This document shows positions 59,198 to 64,000 of a stretch of 64,000 nt of DNA, piece after piece. Position 1 is the stretch's first letter. Every line of letters starts with the position of its first letter. Source of the stretch: Eledone cirrhosa (lineage: Eukaryota); contig OZ024742.1 of assembly GCA_964016885.1 (NCBI GenBank), positions 207,328,001 to 207,392,000 of the forward strand. The letters are read 5' to 3'. The position numbers were made by a program, and so were the translations under genes. The notes under the pieces were generated by a model that saw only the letters and a program-made list of their open reading frames with translations, ran no database searches and was not told the origin of the DNA.

Positions 59198-59444
59198 AAT
59201 AGCTCTGTACTATACATAGAGCACTCTTCTTTCCTTTACCTTTTCTACGGAAATACGTAACACACAAACACACACACGCACATATATATATATAAATACT
59301 TGCTCTGTTTGCCTTCTTCATTCAATATTAACCCCTCTTTAATATTTAATACTGTTACCCTAAATATTGAGCGCACCCCGCTTCGGCTATCGTCATCTAT
59401 TTTTTTCTCTCTCCTCCTTTCTTATGATACATATCTCCTCTTTA

Positions 59445-59506
<62 letters not shown>

Positions 59507-60747
59507 ATACACTTATATACGTGAACCAATGTATTTAATATATACACACAAACATAAACTTATACACAAGCACACATACGTTCAACAGTACTGGAGATTC
59601 ATTTAGATTCTTGAGCAACTCCTGGAAATAGAAATCCATTTGATTTTGCATTTTTTAAATTGTGAGATGAAAGATTGTAGAAGCTGAAACTGAAGGGAAA
59701 AACTAAATTTAGTCTACAGAATTGTATGACAGAAGTCAAAGTAAATCCTCTGCAAATTATCTACAAGTTTGAATAAATGTTGATTGGTAATGAAACATTG
59801 ACAATAATCCAAGGAGCGGAGTTGTAGCACACACTAAGTGATGAGCTTATAATCAATTTTTTCTGTTCCCAAATATTGATTAGACTTTCAAAAAATAAAT
59901 CAATAAATGAAAATAAAACATTCAAATGGAAATGATTAAATAAAGTAAGAAATAATATATATTTTAAACAAAAATCTTCAGTTTAGCTAAACTATCTATC
60001 ACTTTCAATGCGTCCAATGCAGCCATAGACAGCATTACCGGCACAGCAATTAGGACATCAATGATCGCCACTAATTTTATCACCAACAACACTACCAAAC
60101 TGATGATGATATCGACGTCTGTGAGCATCATCCTCCACCAGTTAAACCATCACCACCAGAATGTTCACGTTGCCATCTCCACTATCACAACTATTAACTC
60201 CACGACCACCACAACTATTATCACTATAGCCATCATCATTTGCAGCAACCGACACCAATAGTATTACAAGCATCCATCAATTACAACCAAGACCATCACC
60301 ACTAATATCACGAACAAAACTAGTATTGTCACCTCCTCATCAACATCACATCCATTATCTGCACCGGTACCACCACCAATGCTGCCATTAATAATTTTCA
60401 ATAACGCATTTTCAATAATATATACATAGTACATATAAATATAAAATAAAATGAAATGCTATGATTAATTAACTAATTAATTAATTGAAAGAAAACTCCA
60501 AACAAATGTTAATTCGAATGGGGTGCAAAATAGATGGGTTTATCGTTGGTTTTATCTATGTGTCTGCATTTATGTGTACGTGGAGGAAAATAGTATGGAA
60601 TAATAGTACAAATAAAGAGGGATGACTCTGGTGCTGGAAATTTGGCATTTGCTACTAAACCTCGAAGCAATTCTTGGCAAGTGTCTTTTAATTAATTAAT
60701 TTATTTATTTATTTTTAACACACACGAACACACACGCACACACACAC

Positions 60748-60941
<194 letters not shown>

Positions 60942-62491
60942 GGAAAGTAGGGTGTTATAGAGAACCGGTGAAATTGGAAATACCACGGAACATATTTAAG
61001 GTTCAGCTTTACTTTATTTCTTTTTTTCCCTTCTTTGATTCGTCAAAGTGACATTATTTAAAAAATGAAAGGGACAATTCTTTTTAAAAATTAGTTTTAT
61101 AATGTATATAAAGTGTAAAAAGTATTACCGGTTTCGATGTATTAGTTAAATTCATCTTATCAAATGTTGAGTATTAAAATTAAAAAGAATTAATAAGAAT
61201 TAAAGACTAAAAATTGAAGATTTAAAATTAAGTGTTGAGGCAAGTTCTTTTCATCTTCCTTGTTTAGACAGAGACTGGAAAAATGAACTCTTGTGTGTAG
61301 AGTTCATTTATATATATTCATTTATATACCAGTTTCATTTTGCTTAAATTTTGAACACTATCATCATAGAAAATCTCTTTCGCTTATTGTTACTATAAAT
61401 ATCGTCCACTACTACCATTACCATGATCATCATCGTCGTTTTGCCCCTCATAATCATAGTCGACACCATCACCATAATCACCGTCACCGTCATCGTCGTC
61501 AAAACATCAAAACATAGTTAAATGACTAACAATAACCGCTGGGATTTTGTTTTCATATTTTAATTAAGAAGGAAATTTTAATTAATAGAATATTTTTTTG
61601 CGTACGTAATTCAATACATAAACCCGTAGCCATTGGCTCACTTTTCATTTCTGTATTTTTTTTTTTATTATTGGAAATAACCAATACTCTTACTGCATGG
61701 TACTCATATGACGCAAGCTATTAAACTATGTCTCGAATTTGGTAATTATTAACACATTTCGATCATATAGTACTCATGTGTTGTACTCTATCAAACTCAG
61801 TCGTGAACTTGGCAATTACTAACGTATAATAATTAAATCGTACTCATGTGTTGAAAGGTATCGAATTGAGATCTATCTGTGATAAAGGCCCAGTAGTAAT
61901 TCGGTAAACATTGGTTCTGGGGCTATATATTTACTTCTCCCATAATTGGTCATGAAATACTCATATTACACTAGATTATATCAGCTGTGAAATCAATAAA
62001 GTATCTAAAATATCAATAAAACATCGTAAGGCACTGGAAATCATTGCCATCCTTGAACTACTACTTCCAAGAATATAGCAAAAATAGATACACCATTATC
62101 AACATTTGGAATATTCTAGAGACTAAAATAACAAACGTCGGATGTATATCATCGAATAAATAAGAATACAGAGAGATTCTCTCAACAGGAAAATATATGC
62201 TAAGATAACAATCAAGTAAAAGGCCTATACTACACCGTTTATTTACATAATGGAAGCAACAGTGTAATGATGGCTGCTGTGGAAGTGTTCAAACATCACT
62301 TAGAAAAATTCCAATCCTATGTAAAAATCCTTCTATCTTCAACAGATGATAATAAGACAATAACAACGCCCAACAACTCATCACCATAGTTATACAAGCA
62401 TTGATAAACTAGAAATACATACATGAAGCACATATTTCATAGTACAATAGAACTCACAACGAATCTGCTAAATATATATATATATATATAT

Positions 62492-62779
62492 AGAAAAAAA
62501 GATGAAATCGAAAATACAACTGGAGTCTTATTTTTTTTTTAAATATATATATTTATTTGGTTCCTTTACCGGTTTCGCAGTTCTTCTGCTTTTCAAAAGT
62601 AGAGTCGAGATGGAGGGTCTGTGGTTTTTCTCACATCTGAGAAAAACCACAGACCCTCCATCTCAACTCTACTTTTGAAAAGCAGAAGAACTGCGAAACC
62701 GGTAAAGGAACCAAATAAATATATATATTTTAAAAAAAAATAAGACTCCAGTTGCATTTTCGATTTCATCTTTTTTTCT
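62492..62779. repeat. 288-bp near-perfect palindrome with a U3-A8 hammerhead variant in each arm
   Basis: Centre tca-catc-tga; 62672-62707 (+) reads ctt-TTGAAAA-gcag aagaa ctgc-GAA-ACCGGT-A-aag; the mirror copy is 62564-62599 (-). Confidence 0.85.
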
Positions 62780-62838
62780 TTATACTTTCACTCGTGTAGG
62801 ACACCTCGGTTATTTTTCATTTTGTAAAAAAACCTCAC

Positions 62839-62880
<42 letters not shown>

Positions 62881-62885
<5 letters not shown>

Positions 62886-63400
62886 AATAAAATACAGAGT
62901 TACTAACTGATATTGATACCCTGCAATTAACAAGCTCAAAGTATAAATACTGAGCATTCTATAATAATATATTTGGAAATAAAGACAGTAAATTGTGTGT
63001 CTAAAATTACGAGGGTTGAAATACCACATTGGTTTGATAAATTTAACCTGAAGCAAACGGAAGATATAGAATATATATATACAGACCGTCTCAATAACTA
63101 TTTCATCTCTCGGACAGATTAGAGATTTCATCTATTTTGCCCTGAAAATTGTGTTTGTAACAGATAATCCGTAGGTTTTCCTCAGCACGAGATAAGATCA
63201 AATGGAACAAACACATACAACTAAAAGCCACACGAATGAAAATCTCACCTCGTGTTCTGGATGTTAGAAGTGGTGTGAGTGGATATGATATAATGCTCAG
63301 TATTTATACTTTGAGCTTGTTAATTGCAGGGTATCAATATGAGTTAGTAACTCTATATTTTATTTGTATTTCGGCTCCCTAACTAGGTGAGCGTATACGT
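62881..63400. repeat. pLTR-like element with a ~78-bp inverted terminal copy
   Basis: 62881-62958 is the reverse complement of 63292-63369; followed by ttcggctccct...tgagc, like the pLTR-ORF junction at 37160. Confidence 0.65.
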
Positions 63401-63444
63401 TGGGTGTATTAAGGCTATTATTTTTAGCATATCATTTTAATACA

Positions 63445-63752
63445 ACGCTATTTCAGAGCATCAATCCTAATTTTCAATGTTTGCTGGACTGGTAATCTCT
63501 CTGTATAATCAGTTCCTGATTATTACTGCAATTCTATAAGAATCCCGCATCTATAATTTTCGTTAAGGCAGGGAGTACGTTGCTCTGAGGAACACCAACA
63601 GTGTGTAACAGAATCTGTTAGTTTCTCTCCCTTCTTTGCCGAAAAAAAGAAATAAGTAACATAGTCACTACTTTAAAATGATAGCGCAAAGTCTTCAAAA
63701 TATTTTTAATTAAACATACGGTATATTGCCAAATATACTATACATACATTCA
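63445..63752 (+). mobile_element. Full diverged monomer homologous to the 310-bp array unit
   Basis: Starts cgctatttcagagcat and is colinear to the unit end; the HHR position reads gct-CTGAGGA-acac caaca gtgt-GTA-ACAG aat CTGT-T-agt (A13 mutated). Confidence 0.75.
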
Positions 63753-64000
63753 TATATATATATATATATGAATCGGGATGGGTTCAGTTTGAAACTGGTG
63801 AGAACATTACCCAACAGTGTACTCAATACTTGGCGTCGTAGAGTATGGCTATATTATAAAAAAAGTTATATTATAAAAAGACCCGATGGCTGAGCTCTTG
63901 CCATTTCAACAGCTAGTTCCAGACTGATTGCCGAAGGGCTTGGATTTTTACTGATTCTATGATCAGGGATGTGGTTTGTCCACTATGTGTGTAGATATCT

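Overview
Eukaryotic, AT-rich, microsatellite-dense intergenic or intronic DNA with no intact host gene. The SINE repertoire suggests a cephalopod (Octopus-like), which is an inference. The window is a retroelement graveyard: RTE-clade LINEs (one full-length with a twin-priming 5' inversion and a 12-bp TSD), a CR1-like LINE, Penelope-like element (PLE) RT and GIY-YIG remnants, Nin/Deu-, CORE- and Meta-type SINEs, a hAT transposase relic, a non-autonomous Helitron and a 33-bp minisatellite. The standout is a ~4.9-kb, nearly homogeneous array of a 310-bp non-coding unit (48253-53115). Every unit carries a type I hammerhead ribozyme (HHR) fold with a palindromic ACGCGT stem III, and the array flips orientation internally. 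This is retrozyme-like architecture. More than a dozen further HHR motifs from several families, some with compensatory core or stem changes, lie in short (TA)n-bounded elements, hairpins and PLE pseudo-LTRs. All folds were paired by eye and no cleavage activity is demonstrated.
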